DNA of 54,070 nucleotides from Patescibacteria group bacterium UBA3530 (lineage in GTDB: Bacteria > Patescibacteriota > Minisyncoccia > Phycocordibacterales > UBA2100): assembly GCA_002376945.1 (NCBI GenBank), contig DFOX01000015.1, positions 1 through 54,070 of the forward strand. The letters run 5' to 3'. Shown here piece by piece: positions 19,361 to 30,115 of this stretch. The translations under genes were made by a program, and so were the position numbers. The notes below the pieces were generated by a model that had not been told where the DNA came from, did no database searches, and saw nothing but the letters and a program-made list of their open reading frames with translations. The stretch's first letter is position 1; each line of letters opens with the position of its first letter.

Positions 19361-20698
19361 CTATTGTAACACTTCAAGCGCATACCTCAGACGCGCAAGA
19401 GTAGCTTCCCTTCCTATCAAATACGCGACGGTAAACGGATCGGGTGATTGCTTTGCTCCCGTTAGGGCGACGCGCAGTGGAGACAATGTTTGGCCTACAA
19501 TCGACGAGTGCTCTCCCGCACCATGTATGTAGCTCCAAATCAATTCCCGCAATGAGTCCACACTCCATTGCACAGAAGCACCAGAGAGTATGGCGAGGAG
19601 ATTTTCAAGATGTGCAACGATAGCAGCGGTTGGCGCATCCTTGTAGTGTAGATCTTCACTGCGTGGTGGGGATTCGGTGATGAGCCATCGCAATTCTCCT
19701 TGCTCAATCAGTTGTGGAATTTCCGAGAGCAAGGATACTCGCTCATGAAGCACCAATTCGATTGCTTCATCAAGACGAGGATGTGCGAGCAGCTCTTCTG
19801 AATTGATGACATTTCTTGCTTTCTGCACGTACGTTTCCATCGGTAGTTTTTGCAGGTAATGCTTGTTAATCGACGCCAATTTTTCGTACGAAAACGTCGC
19901 GGGTGAATTGTTGACGCGTTCCAGTGTAAATTCTTTTATAAGCTCTTCTTTTGAAAAAATTTCCCGATCATCTCCCGGATTCCACCCGAGAAGTGCAAGG
20001 TAATTTATCAATGCTTCTGGCAGTACTCCCAGATCAACAAACTCCTGATACGTCGTCGCACCATGTCGTTTACCGAGTTTTTTTCTATCACTTCCTACAA
20101 TGAGTGGAAGGTGTGCATAGTATGGACGCTTCCCGCCAATGGCATCAATGAGGAGAATCTGACGAGGGGTTGAGGTGATATGATCTTCTCCTCGAATGAT
20201 GTGCGTCACGTGCATGTCCACATCATCGACGACCACACTTAAGTGATATACGGGGTTGTTGCGCGAACGTGCAATTACAAAATCACCAAAATCAGTGGTG
20301 TCTATGGTTATCTCCCCTCGCACCAAATCAGTGAAGGTAATTTTTTGGTTGGGATTTCTGAAGCGAATCACATGTTCACCGGGCATTTCCTCAGATGCCT
20401 CTGCGACATAGGCCAAATCTTTTTCAATCAAATCATTGAGTACACGAACGTAACGCTCGGTTCTCTGCGACTGACGATACGGACCATCGTCATATTCAAG
20501 TCCCAGTGCCGCGAGAGTTTCAAGAGCAACCGCCTCATGCTGTGTACTACTGCGCTGAGTATCAGTATCTTCAAAGCGCATTACTATTTTCCCTTGGTGG
20601 TGGCGTGTATAGAGGTAGTTAAACAGAAGTGTCCGTATATTTCCGATATGCAAGTTTCCTGTTGGTGATGGTGGAAATCGTGTAATTACTTCAGTCAT
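19361..20698 (-). CDS. gltX: Glutamate--tRNA ligase
   Basis: RFPPSPTGNLHIGN, RFEDTD, IRGEDH, KLGKRHG; start reassigned to MTEVITR. Confidence 0.93.
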   Translation of the reverse strand: MTEVITRFPPSPTGNLHIGNIRTLLFNYLYTRHHQGKIVMRFEDTDTQRSSTQHEAVALETLAALGLEYDDGPYRQSQRTERYVRVLNDLIEKDLAYVAEASEEMPGEHVIRFRNPNQKITFTDLVRGEITIDTTDFGDFVIARSRNNPVYHLSVVVDDVDMHVTHIIRGEDHITSTPRQILLIDAIGGKRPYYAHLPLIVGSDRKKLGKRHGATTYQEFVDLGVLPEALINYLALLGWNPGDDREIFSKEELIKEFTLERVNNSPATFSYEKLASINKHYLQKLPMETYVQKARNVINSEELLAHPRLDEAIELVLHERVSLLSEIPQLIEQGELRWLITESPPRSEDLHYKDAPTAAIVAHLENLLAILSGASVQWSVDSLRELIWSYIHGAGEHSSIVGQTLSPLRVALTGAKQSPDPFTVAYLIGREATLARLRYALEVLQ

Positions 20699-20699
20699 A

Positions 20700-21839
20700 T
20701 TACTGTTCATGTTTAAGCGCAGTGTCGATGATAATGCGTGCCATTTTATGTGCCGATCCTGGTTGTGCAAATTGCTTTGCCGCCCGAGTCATCGCCGCAC
20801 GCACATCGGGGTTTTTGAGGATACGATCAATTTCCGCAAGGAGGATGTTTTTGGAAAGGTTCTTTTGCTTCAGTACTACCGCTGCACCATCACGAGCGTA
20901 TGCAAACGCATTATTCGTTTGGTCATGAGAGACATCTTCCGGGATTGGAACAACAATGGAAGGAATGCCCCATGCGGCAATTTCAAAAATAGTGCCGGTT
21001 CCCGCGCGCGAAATGACCAACGAGGCAATACCCGCTGACATACGAAGTGCAAGTGTATTCAAAAATCCAAATGCACGATACCCGTTTTTGTAAGGATGGT
21101 CCTTAAGTACGACACTGGAGAGATGCCGCACCTCTTCCAAGTTATCCGTGCCGGTTTGATGGATGACCTGGTAGGTATTGAGAAGTTCCGGAAGCGCATC
21201 AATAATTGTTGCGTTAATTGCCTGAGCCCCCTGTGAACCTCCTAGAATGAGTATGGTGGGTACGGCCGGATCAAGTTCTAAGTATTCATGTCCACCTTCA
21301 CGCGCAGGTGTGAAGAGTTCATCACGTATGGGGAGTCCCACCAGTGCAAACTTATCCGCATCAACACCCTTAAAATATTTGACGACTCCGGGGAATGATG
21401 TTCCTACGGCGATTGCCCACCTTGCGGCAATTTTGTTCGCTCGTCCGGGATGTGCATCCGATTCATGAACGATAATTGGGATTCCCAGAATACGCGCTGC
21501 CACCGTGGTCGGAAAACTTGCATATCCCCCTTTACTAAACACCACATCCGGAAACAACAGGTAGAGTACAATCGTCGCTTGAAAAATACCTCCAATGGTT
21601 TTAATAACATCAAACACATTCCGTATCGAAAGGTAACGACGTACTTTTCCCGCACTTGTCTTCTTCCATACAATCCCCTGCTCCATCAGAGCTTCGGGGT
21701 CGATAACATCAGGACCGATGTAGTACAACTCAGGAGAAATGATTTTTTCCGCCTCAACTATTTCATTGAGAGCTTTTGCAACGGCGATAAGTGGATAGAA
21801 ATGACCTCCCGACCCTCCTCCTGTGAATACAATTCTCAT
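20700..21839 (-). CDS. murG: Undecaprenyl-PP-MurNAc-pentapeptide GlcNAc transferase
   Basis: TGGGSGGH, GGYAS.P, GGSQGA, SRAG. Confidence 0.95.
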   Translation of the reverse strand: MRIVFTGGGSGGHFYPLIAVAKALNEIVEAEKIISPELYYIGPDVIDPEALMEQGIVWKKTSAGKVRRYLSIRNVFDVIKTIGGIFQATIVLYLLFPDVVFSKGGYASFPTTVAARILGIPIIVHESDAHPGRANKIAARWAIAVGTSFPGVVKYFKGVDADKFALVGLPIRDELFTPAREGGHEYLELDPAVPTILILGGSQGAQAINATIIDALPELLNTYQVIHQTGTDNLEEVRHLSSVVLKDHPYKNGYRAFGFLNTLALRMSAGIASLVISRAGTGTIFEIAAWGIPSIVVPIPEDVSHDQTNNAFAYARDGAAVVLKQKNLSKNILLAEIDRILKNPDVRAAMTRAAKQFAQPGSAHKMARIIIDTALKHEQ

Positions 21840-21877
21840 AATACGACTAAGTATATCATGAGAATAGTGTGAACAGG

Positions 21878-21912
21878 GAAAGCAAAAATCGCCGGAATCA
21901 ACCAGCGATTTT
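21878..21912 (-). terminator. Intrinsic terminator after orphan gene
   Basis: Minus strand AAAATCGCTGG-TTGATT-CCGGCGATTTTTGCTTT. Confidence 0.65.
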
Positions 21913-21920
21913 CGTTTTCC

Positions 21921-22286
21921 TCACCGTATCAGCGCCTCCACGCCGTGTAGAAGAATGGATTCGGGCACGACGTTGATAAGTTTTTCTCGATCTTTCGTAA
22001 GAAGCAAGATCGAAAAATTTTCGAAGTTCAGGGGCTCTTTATGATAGAGATACGAAGACATGGATCTCACCATCTCCAAGCAGTCGTGTTGTTCGAAAAA
22101 AGCAGCGACACCACGAGCTTCAATTGGCTTCGTGAGCCAATCTGCTGCGTTGACAAGGTCTTGCTCTGACACCTCGAATATCTTGACTTCGAAGGTGCTC
22201 GCCCTCTCTATTTTTTTGAGAAGGACTCGTGCCTTTTCATACCCCGCTTCTTCAGGGGACGGGAACAGTGCAAATCGATTTGTCAT
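21921..22286 (-). CDS. Hypothetical protein (orphan) inserted between ftsW and murG
   Basis: SD-like AAAGGTGAG, 121-aa ORF, own terminator. Confidence 0.65.
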   Translation of the reverse strand: MTNRFALFPSPEEAGYEKARVLLKKIERASTFEVKIFEVSEQDLVNAADWLTKPIEARGVAAFFEQHDCLEMVRSMSSYLYHKEPLNFENFSILLLTKDREKLINVVPESILLHGVEALIR

Positions 22287-22357
22287 TTTCTCACCTTTGT
22301 GATTAATCAGACCTGAGTTATAACATACAACACATGTGTTTCGGAGTAAATAGAAAC

Positions 22358-23458
22358 CTATTTCGCATATTTGGAAACATTGAGTACGATTCCCATGCCG
22401 GAGAGCATCACGAATAAAGCAGTACCTCCGTGACTGATAAATGGCAGCGGAAGTCCGGTAAGGGGCATCACGCCAAGCATTGATGCCATGTTAATAAGCG
22501 CTTGCGTGGCGATGAGCAGTATGATGCCGGCAACTACCAATCCTCCGAAATAGTCAGGCGCTCGTGTTGAGATGAGCAGTGCTCGAGTAATCAGTGCAAT
22601 GAATAAGAAAATAATCAGTACTGCACCAATAAATCCAAATTCCTCTGCAGCCACCGCAAAGACTGAATCTCCGGTTGGTTCAGGTAAGTATCCGAATTTT
22701 TGCACACTTTGACCAAATCCTCTTCCCACTACTTTTCCACTTCCCACCGCGATGAGTGATTGCTGTATCTGGTATCCGGATCCAAGTCGGTCCGTTGATG
22801 GATTAATAAAAGTGGTAATTCGGTCCAAAACATATGGTCGCATCGCAACCAGTCCAGACAGTGCAATGGCACCAATTAATACCAGGATACCTATATCGCG
22901 CCACCGTGCTCCTGCGGCAAAAAACATTCCCAATGCAGTTCCGGTGATAACCAAAATAGTACTGGTATCAGGTTGTAGTAGTAAAACGACTGTAGGAGGT
23001 ACAAGAATGAATATAAACGCAAGGAGTCCGGTTTGGTATTTGTGCAGATGAGCACGAGCACTTGCAAGATATGTTGCCAAATACACAATGGTGCCAATCT
23101 TGAGGATTTCAGCGGGTTGCAGTGAGATTGGTCCCAACAAAAGCCATCGTGTAGCACCTCCGGCAGAGAATCCGATCATCGGTACAAATACCAAAATGGT
23201 TAAAATGAGCGACGCAATATATATGTGCAGTGCGTAGCGCTTAAGAAATCGATAGTGAACCCTGCTCATTAAGAACATCGAGATTGTTCCAAGACCAACA
23301 CCGAGGAAGAGTTGATTAAACGCAACTGAGGAAAAGCGTGCTCCTTCTTGTGCGAGCAATCCAAGCGAAGCGGAAGTGAAGAGAAAAAAGCCAATCAGGA
23401 CCAATAGTCCGATGATGATAAGAAGTGGTCGATCCATCCTGTTGCCCAAACCACGCAT
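22358..23458 (-). CDS. ftsW: SEDS peptidoglycan polymerase FtsW
   Basis: GATRW, QPAE..K, QPD, GYQ..QS, LPEPTGD, TGLPLPFISHGG; between mraY and murG. Confidence 0.92.
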   Translation of the reverse strand: MRGLGNRMDRPLLIIIGLLVLIGFFLFTSASLGLLAQEGARFSSVAFNQLFLGVGLGTISMFLMSRVHYRFLKRYALHIYIASLILTILVFVPMIGFSAGGATRWLLLGPISLQPAEILKIGTIVYLATYLASARAHLHKYQTGLLAFIFILVPPTVVLLLQPDTSTILVITGTALGMFFAAGARWRDIGILVLIGAIALSGLVAMRPYVLDRITTFINPSTDRLGSGYQIQQSLIAVGSGKVVGRGFGQSVQKFGYLPEPTGDSVFAVAAEEFGFIGAVLIIFLFIALITRALLISTRAPDYFGGLVVAGIILLIATQALINMASMLGVMPLTGLPLPFISHGGTALFVMLSGMGIVLNVSKYAK

Positions 23459-23465
23459 ACAGAAC

Positions 23466-24527
23466 CTATGCTATTAGAGCAAGAATAATACCAAAGAGCG
23501 CAAAGATAGCTCCAAGAATCCAGTAGCGAAATGTTACTTTCGAAGTTGGCCATCCGAGTGCCTCAAAGTGGTGATGCAGCGGTGCGATTCTAAAAAGTTT
23601 TCTTTTCAGGAATTTCTTTGAAAGTTGCTGCAGTATTGTACTTGCAACGGTCGCCACAAGGAGAAAGCCAATGATTGGCAACAGTGCAATACCAATACCG
23701 TCGCCGAGGGTGTCGGTCATAAAGGCGATTGTGGCAAGTGTCAGAGTGAGCGCCATGGAACCGGTTTCGGTCATATAAAAACGCGCCGGCGGCACGTTAA
23801 ACCATAGAAAAGCAAGTATTGCTCCCACGAGCATAGCTGAGAAGGCAGCGAGATCAACTTGATTTTGAGAAAGTGCGATAAAAGCATATGCACCAAATAT
23901 CATAGAGAATACCCCTCCTGAGAGTCCGTCAATACCGTCGATAATACCACTAGCGTACAATCCAAGTGACGTGAGTATAAATGCGGGAATAATGAGCCAT
24001 CCAATTTCCAGTGGTTGTCCAAACGGCACTCCAATAGTTGAAATAGCGAGTTTGGCATAGAACCACCATCCAATAAACAAAGACAACACGAAGACAACGA
24101 GCAATCTATAACGTAGAGACACCCCGCGCCCATGGAATGCAACATCAAAGAGGTCGCTGATAAATCCCGTCAATGCACCGATTCCCAATGCAAACAGTGG
24201 AATCCACGTCTGCTCACGACTGAGGAAATCCATTTTGAGGGTCTCCGCTGTTGGAAACAGTAGCGAGATAATCCAGATACTGAGGATGGTAATCAGTGCG
24301 CTTCCCCAAATAACCACACCTCCCATGCGCGGCGTCTTCCGTTCATTTTCCTTATGGAGTTTGTTAAATTCAATCGCGTCAGTTCCCTCAAGTGTGGTTT
24401 TACCGGGATTTTTCTTCCACACCTTGTACTGGTACAAGAAGTGCGTAATAACGGGGGTGATGGCGATACCAACCGTAAAGGCCACAAACGCGGGAACCAT
24501 TACTTTTGTGAGGTTGACGATATCCAT
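23466..24527 (-). CDS. mraY: Phospho-N-acetylmuramoyl-pentapeptide transferase
   Basis: TPRMGG, DGIDGL, FLWFN.PPA, APLHHHFE. Confidence 0.94.
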   Translation of the reverse strand: MDIVNLTKVMVPAFVAFTVGIAITPVITHFLYQYKVWKKNPGKTTLEGTDAIEFNKLHKENERKTPRMGGVVIWGSALITILSIWIISLLFPTAETLKMDFLSREQTWIPLFALGIGALTGFISDLFDVAFHGRGVSLRYRLLVVFVLSLFIGWWFYAKLAISTIGVPFGQPLEIGWLIIPAFILTSLGLYASGIIDGIDGLSGGVFSMIFGAYAFIALSQNQVDLAAFSAMLVGAILAFLWFNVPPARFYMTETGSMALTLTLATIAFMTDTLGDGIGIALLPIIGFLLVATVASTILQQLSKKFLKRKLFRIAPLHHHFEALGWPTSKVTFRYWILGAIFALFGIILALIA

Positions 24528-24529
24528 AA

Positions 24530-25447
24530 CTAGTTGCGCATGAGTGAGCGCACAATCTGAACGGTATCTTCAAAGCGACCTTCCGGTGTTGAGTTGAGGA
24601 CAGAAATGATTATCGGATGTCCCGGCTCTGTTTCCATCAATACGACCAAATTTCCTCCCGCAAGATCAGTGAACCCTGTTTTACTAAACAAGAGTCCGGG
24701 CAGATCTCCCAAAACTGTATTCGTATTTTCCGCCTCATATGCGATTCCTGATGTATTGTAAAATGTTGCCTGTGGCACCGAAGATGCCTCGAGTACTTGA
24801 GGAGCAGTATCATATATATATGAAAAGAGCATGGCCATGTCTTTAGCGGATCCGTATGATCCGCTCAGAGCAAGATTCTCATCCAAACCAGTCGCGTTCA
24901 AAAAATAGGTTTGCGAGAGGCCAATGTCCTGTGCAAGCTCATTTAAGAGTACATCAATTGAAGCTTTAGAGACGTCCTCGATGGCTTCTGCAAGCGCAAC
25001 AGCCGCATCATTTGAAGAAGTGATGAGCATAAAATCAATAAGATCTTGTGTGTTCCACACATCTCCTACATTTAGATAGGATTCACCTTCAGTTGCGATC
25101 GCGGAGGCAGAGAGATAAATGTATTCCGTATCAGATAGATAGGTGTGTGCAAGAAGCGCAACAGCGACTTTGGTGACTGAAGCGAGTGGCAGTTGTGCAT
25201 CCGCATTTTTTTCAAAAAGGACGAGGTCATTGGTTGTGTCAATAACATACGCGGCTCCCGCAGTGATTTCGATCGTATCTTGTATCGGTGTTGGCAGTGT
25301 TGCCAGCAGCACGCTCGCCGATACTTCATCCGGAGCCAAGGCGATGGATTTTTTTGTAGTCGGTGCTACAAAGAGAAACACAAAAATGCCGATCATGGCA
25401 AAGACCGAGATGTATTGCAATGTGGTGTTGTCCTTTTTCTCATTCAT
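24530..25447 (-). CDS. D-alanyl-D-alanine carboxypeptidase (S11)
   Basis: ASVTK (SxxK), SSN (SxN), KTG motifs. Confidence 0.9.
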   Translation of the reverse strand: MNEKKDNTTLQYISVFAMIGIFVFLFVAPTTKKSIALAPDEVSASVLLATLPTPIQDTIEITAGAAYVIDTTNDLVLFEKNADAQLPLASVTKVAVALLAHTYLSDTEYIYLSASAIATEGESYLNVGDVWNTQDLIDFMLITSSNDAAVALAEAIEDVSKASIDVLLNELAQDIGLSQTYFLNATGLDENLALSGSYGSAKDMAMLFSYIYDTAPQVLEASSVPQATFYNTSGIAYEAENTNTVLGDLPGLLFSKTGFTDLAGGNLVVLMETEPGHPIIISVLNSTPEGRFEDTVQIVRSLMRN

Positions 25448-25961
25448 AATTATTTTCCAATACTCCGTTAAGTGTATCGTATTCTGGCAATTGATTCGGG
25501 CTCGTTATCCCAAGGTGTGCAAAGACCTCGGGTGTGCCCGTATATACCCACGCCCTTGAATCTTTGGCACTTCGCTTTCTTTCAAGGAGACCTCGAAGTA
25601 CTAACTGTCGTAGTGTACCACTTGAGTTGGCACCGCGTATATAGTCGATATCCGCGCGCGAGGCAGACTGTTTGTAGAGCACTATGGCGAGCACTTCAAG
25701 TCCGGCTTGGCCAATATCTCTTTTGACACTTTCTCGACAAAGTGCATCAATGTCTTGTACATACGCTTTTCCGGTACGCAACGAAAGCGTCATATCGGTT
25801 TCGTACAGTTCAAGTGCCTGGTTCTTGAGGTGGTCGCGTAAAGCGGCTGCAGCTGCTATCAACTCATCGTCGGAGAAGGAAAGTATTGAGCGCACCTCTT
25901 TTTTCTTCATCTCTCCGCCGTGAGCGTAGAGGAGCGCTTGGAGTCGTCCGTGGTTAGTCAT
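25440..25961 (-). CDS. scpB: Segregation/condensation protein B
   Basis: LEVLAIVLYKQ...RADIDYIRG; follows scpA. Confidence 0.9.
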   Translation of the reverse strand: MTNHGRLQALLYAHGGEMKKKEVRSILSFSDDELIAAAAALRDHLKNQALELYETDMTLSLRTGKAYVQDIDALCRESVKRDIGQAGLEVLAIVLYKQSASRADIDYIRGANSSGTLRQLVLRGLLERKRSAKDSRAWVYTGTPEVFAHLGITSPNQLPEYDTLNGVLENNYE

Positions 25962-26676
25962 ATCGCGGCATCCCTATATCTTCGTTTTCCATCAGTATAT
26001 CCTCGAAATGATCTTTCTGTATCACTTCAAGGGTCCCACGTTTTACCAGCTCAAGAAGTGCGAGGAAATTAACAATTGCCTCCATCCTATCAGTGCCTGA
26101 CACGGTGCGCGCAAATGATCCACTGCCACGTGTGCGCATTCTTCTGGCAAGACTCTCGATTACGTCCTCCAGACGAAGTGTGTGTGCAATCTCTGCGGTG
26201 GGTTTTTGTATGAATGTGTACAATACATCCGCAAGGGCACGGATATGGTGATGTATCTGTTCCTTTGAGATGTTCGATCCCGGTGCGAATACGATTTCCC
26301 TCTGTGGTGCAACACGTGGAAGGAACGACCGCTTCCGCCATTTGTTCTTGAGTATCAATGATGCGCGGCGCACGTGAGCATATCGTTCCAGTCGTCTCTC
26401 CAAGTCGAGAATATCCTGCTCCTCCTCCTCGGTCAATGCGATACTTGGAAGCAGTGATTTTGATTTTATCAAAAGAAGCGTCGCAGCCACCACGACAAAT
26501 TGTGCGGTTTGTGCAAGTGGAACGCGCTCCCGATCTTCTATATGACGTATGTAATCATCTGCCACTTGTGCAAGTGATACATCATTAATCTGCAGCTTCT
26601 GTCGCTCAATGAGATTGAGGAGCAGTTCGAGTGGTCCGCGAAACCCTTCTATTTCTAAAGTAAACGTTTGCGTCAT
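25954..26676 (-). CDS. scpA: Segregation/condensation protein A (kleisin)
   Basis: FRGPLELLL.LI, AATLLLIKSKSLLP, FLALLEL. Confidence 0.93.
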   Translation of the reverse strand: MTQTFTLEIEGFRGPLELLLNLIERQKLQINDVSLAQVADDYIRHIEDRERVPLAQTAQFVVVAATLLLIKSKSLLPSIALTEEEEQDILDLERRLERYAHVRRASLILKNKWRKRSFLPRVAPQREIVFAPGSNISKEQIHHHIRALADVLYTFIQKPTAEIAHTLRLEDVIESLARRMRTRGSGSFARTVSGTDRMEAIVNFLALLELVKRGTLEVIQKDHFEDILMENEDIGMPRYD

Positions 26677-26728
26677 TGAGTGTATTATAGCGCGTTTTGC
26701 CGAGATACCGAGATTTCTCGGTTTACAC

Positions 26729-28036
26729 CTACTCGCTCAGGCGAGAATCAATTCGATTCATATCTCGTGGAAATGCAGCCGCCTCTTTTACATTGGAAAG
26801 GTCAAGCATACGAGCGGTGATGCGCTCAAGACCGGTGGAACATCCTCCATGTGGCGGTACGCCGTACGCATGGAGTTGTAAATAGTATTCAAAATGCTTC
26901 GGATCCAGTCCCCGTTCCTTCAGAGTTGCGACAAGCGCATCATGGTTATGGAACCGCTGCGACCCACTGTTTATCTCCAATCCCTTGAAAAGAAGGTCAA
27001 AGCTGTATGAAAGTTCTGGGTTTTTGGGATCAGGGAGAGAATAGAATGCACGTTTATGTGTTGGAAAATGTGTAATGAACACAAAATCCGATCCATGCTC
27101 TTCCCTCGCCCACGCACAAATCTGTCGTTCGTGTTCCGGCTCAAGATCCGGTTCGCTGGTGTCCACATTAATGATTTCCTGTGCCTCGCGCAGTGTGAGT
27201 ACCGGAAACGCACCTTGAGGCACCAACGGCGCTTTGGTATTAAAGCGTGCAAACACATCAGCGTGTTGTTTGACGACGGCAGCGCACACGTCACGCATAA
27301 TTGCTTCAAGCATTTTCATGACATCGGTGTAATCTTTAATGAACCCCATCTCAAAGTCCATCTGTGTTACCTCGGCGAGGTGTCGTGTGGTTGCGGACTT
27401 TTCAGCTCTGAATATCTTTGCGATTGTAAATACCCTCTCAAATGCCCCTGTCATTATTTCCTTGTACAATTGCGGACTCGTCGCCAGATAGGCGGTGTGA
27501 TCGTTAAAGTATGCAACAGTAAAGGCATCTCCACCCCCCTCCGCATCTCCTCCGGTAAGTGCGGGAGCTTGAAATTCGATAAACCCTCTCTGTATCAGTG
27601 CCCATCGAAATGTCTGCACAATGGTTGCTTGTATCGAAAAAATGTCTCGAGCGCGTTGCGTGCGAAGTGTGAGTGGAAGGTAATCAAGATATGTGTCCAA
27701 ATTCAGTTCGGCATCCATATCAAACGGCAACTCAGCCGCCTCCGAGAGAATCTCAACAGAATTTACGTGTAGTTCCACATCACCGTTTTGCTCATCTTTC
27801 TTCATTTCCTCAGGACGCTCGCGTACTATTCCATGAACACGTACCACCCATTGCTCGCGTAGCGGTTGTGATTGCTCCAGCGCGTCATCTTTTGCCATTG
27901 CTTGTACCGATCCGCTCCTGTCTCGAAGTACGAGAAACATGAGTTTTCCGTGATCACGTCGAACCTCCACCCACCCTTCAATGAGTATTTCCGTATCTTT
28001 CTTGTGTGGTATATCACCAATGAGTGTTCTCTCCAT
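26729..28036 (-). CDS. aspS: Aspartate--tRNA ligase, short non-discriminating/archaeal type
   Basis: OB-fold RDHG...LRDRSG, AEGG, SPQLYK, FRAEKS.T.RH, PPHGG..GLER. Confidence 0.88.
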   Translation of the reverse strand: MERTLIGDIPHKKDTEILIEGWVEVRRDHGKLMFLVLRDRSGSVQAMAKDDALEQSQPLREQWVVRVHGIVRERPEEMKKDEQNGDVELHVNSVEILSEAAELPFDMDAELNLDTYLDYLPLTLRTQRARDIFSIQATIVQTFRWALIQRGFIEFQAPALTGGDAEGGGDAFTVAYFNDHTAYLATSPQLYKEIMTGAFERVFTIAKIFRAEKSATTRHLAEVTQMDFEMGFIKDYTDVMKMLEAIMRDVCAAVVKQHADVFARFNTKAPLVPQGAFPVLTLREAQEIINVDTSEPDLEPEHERQICAWAREEHGSDFVFITHFPTHKRAFYSLPDPKNPELSYSFDLLFKGLEINSGSQRFHNHDALVATLKERGLDPKHFEYYLQLHAYGVPPHGGCSTGLERITARMLDLSNVKEAAAFPRDMNRIDSRLSE

Positions 28037-28040
28037 ATAC

Positions 28041-28985
28041 TTATAGTATTACACCAATTCGCTCTTTTACATCCATCATTTTCCGCAAAGCACGTTCCTT
28101 GGCTTTTCGCGCCCCCGCTTCCAGTATGTTCGCCACATCTTCGTTGGTAATTGATGCGCGCCGTTCTCGCATCGGTGCTATGAATGCATCGATGTCTTCA
28201 ATGAGTGCCTCCTTCAGTGCTTTGTAGTTTCCTTCATTCTCTTTGTACAGTGCATCGAGTGCGTCCTCTGAAGCAAAGAGTTGGTGAATAGCATATACGT
28301 TTTCAGGGCGTTCTCCGTCTGAGTCGGTTACAATACTCATGACCGCTTTCTCAATTTCTTGGCGAGTCGCAAACAGTGGAATAGTATTGTGGTAGCTTTT
28401 ACTCATTTTTTTACCATCAATACCGGGTACGACACCAACCCCTTTAAGAATATGTTCTTGCGGAGTGATGAAGGTTTCTCCGTAGGTATTGTTAAATTTG
28501 TTCGCTGCTTCACGGGCGTACTCAATGTGTTGTCGTTGATCTTCACCCACGGGTACGATTTCTGTGTCATAGAGGAGAATGTCTGCTGCCATCAACATTG
28601 GGTAGCTGAAGAGTCCGGCATTTGCTTCAAGTCCCTTTGCCACTTTGTCTTTGTATGCATGTGCTTGCATGAGAAAGGGTACGGTAACAAGACACTGCAA
28701 AATCCACGCGAGTTCGGTGTGTTCTGCAACATCTGATTGCTTAAAGAGAATCACTTTTTCAGGATCAACTCCCGCTGCGAGGTAGTCTTTTACAATGCTG
28801 TAAATGTTTTCAGTGAGTGCATCTCTGTCACGTAGTGTGGTGAGTGCATGGTAGTCAACAACCATCAAATGACTCTCATATTCTGTGTACATGTCAAGAA
28901 ATGGTTTGAGTGCCCCGAAGTAGTTTCCAATATGGATAGATCCCGATGGCTGTAGTCCGGTGAGTAGTCGCTTTTTGTTGGTCAT
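28041..28985 (-). CDS. trpS: Tryptophan--tRNA ligase
   Basis: HIGNYFGA, YPMLMAADIL, VPVGEDQ, KMSKS. Confidence 0.96.
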   Translation of the reverse strand: MTNKKRLLTGLQPSGSIHIGNYFGALKPFLDMYTEYESHLMVVDYHALTTLRDRDALTENIYSIVKDYLAAGVDPEKVILFKQSDVAEHTELAWILQCLVTVPFLMQAHAYKDKVAKGLEANAGLFSYPMLMAADILLYDTEIVPVGEDQRQHIEYAREAANKFNNTYGETFITPQEHILKGVGVVPGIDGKKMSKSYHNTIPLFATRQEIEKAVMSIVTDSDGERPENVYAIHQLFASEDALDALYKENEGNYKALKEALIEDIDAFIAPMRERRASITNEDVANILEAGARKAKERALRKMMDVKERIGVIL

Positions 28986-29281
28986 GTATGGAAATAGTAC
29001 CAGTATCACCCATTTTTTAAAAGCTTTTGGTAGTTATAAATATTCTTCCGATAGGTCGAAGGGCATTTAGAAATTTTTGTAAAAAGACTCATCATCTCGG
29101 TTTAGTTCATCGTAGCGACGTCGGGAACGACCAATAGCGGTTTTCTCTGACGAACTCCCTTCAATTCTGGGAGAAACCCAAGCGCTTCTCGTATGCGCCT
29201 GGACTAATTCTTTATCCCAACTTCGGAAACATACCTTCTCTGCTCATTGATGTATGTGGTGACAAAAGATTTGTAAAAGAA

Positions 29282-29309
29282 TAAGGACCCGTGTACACAC
29301 GGGTCCTTA
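29282..29309. terminator. Terminator-like hairpin after acyltransferase
   Basis: TAAGGACCCGTG-TACA-CACGGGTCCTTA perfect 12-bp stem, A-rich on the left (U-tract on minus strand). Confidence 0.7.
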
Positions 29310-29313
29310 CAAA

Positions 29314-30012
29314 TCACAGAAGATCTTTCAGATGATTCACCATTCGCTCAGTCTTCTCCAGAGGTGTCACATAACACTCATATACCTTAATGCATCCGGG
29401 AGAGATGATGTTGCCATGTCGCGGCCAGAATCTTCCGGCGTTGTGAATGATGGGAACTATCGGTATCTCGCGACCACATACGTTGCGTGCAAAATGCAGA
29501 ATTACACGAATACCATCGTTTTGGTACACACGTTCTTCTTTGTACGGCACACGTGTTCCTTCAGGAAAGATGAGAATGTCTCTGCCTTCATGAAGTGTCT
29601 GCTTAACCATACGCAACATTGCTTTGTTGGTACCCGTACCCTCACGATTAACCGGAATCATTCCCAATTTCTTCAAATACCAGCCGAATATGGGAATTGA
29701 GAACAATTCCTTCTTTGCCACTATCGCCACATCAGGAAACAGAGCAAAAAAGACAATCGTTTCCCATATAGATTGGTGATTGCTGACATAGAGAACCGGG
29801 CGCACAACCGCTTCGCGAGAATAGAAGACATCGTGGCGCAATCCACATACCAGTTGAAGGAGATATACAATACCCCATATCCAGACACGAGCCGAAACTC
29901 GTATGTGTACATACGGACTTCTTGCAACTATGTGATATGCAATGGGAAGCACAAAGAGTGCTGTCCAAAACACAAGCAAAATACGAAAGAGCGCCGTTTT
30001 GACGTAGGCCAT
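29314..30012 (-). CDS. PlsC-like lysophospholipid acyltransferase
   Basis: SNHQSIWE, AKKEL..IP.FGW, IFPEGTR; SD AGGAGG. Confidence 0.88.
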   Translation of the reverse strand: MAYVKTALFRILLVFWTALFVLPIAYHIVARSPYVHIRVSARVWIWGIVYLLQLVCGLRHDVFYSREAVVRPVLYVSNHQSIWETIVFFALFPDVAIVAKKELFSIPIFGWYLKKLGMIPVNREGTGTNKAMLRMVKQTLHEGRDILIFPEGTRVPYKEERVYQNDGIRVILHFARNVCGREIPIVPIIHNAGRFWPRHGNIISPGCIKVYECYVTPLEKTERMVNHLKDLL

Positions 30013-30115
30013 CTCAGCCTCCTAAGTTGTTCATATCTGCTGGAACCGTACCTTAGGAATGAGGGTTTGTACAGCAATTATAGCCATTAATGTAAGTAGA
30101 AAAAATATTGGTCAG

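Noticed and set aside
29010-29280. T-box riboswitch upstream of trpS
   Set aside because: No T-box GGTGGNACC consensus or terminator seen on the minus strand; trpS has a -10 box 8 nt before its ATG
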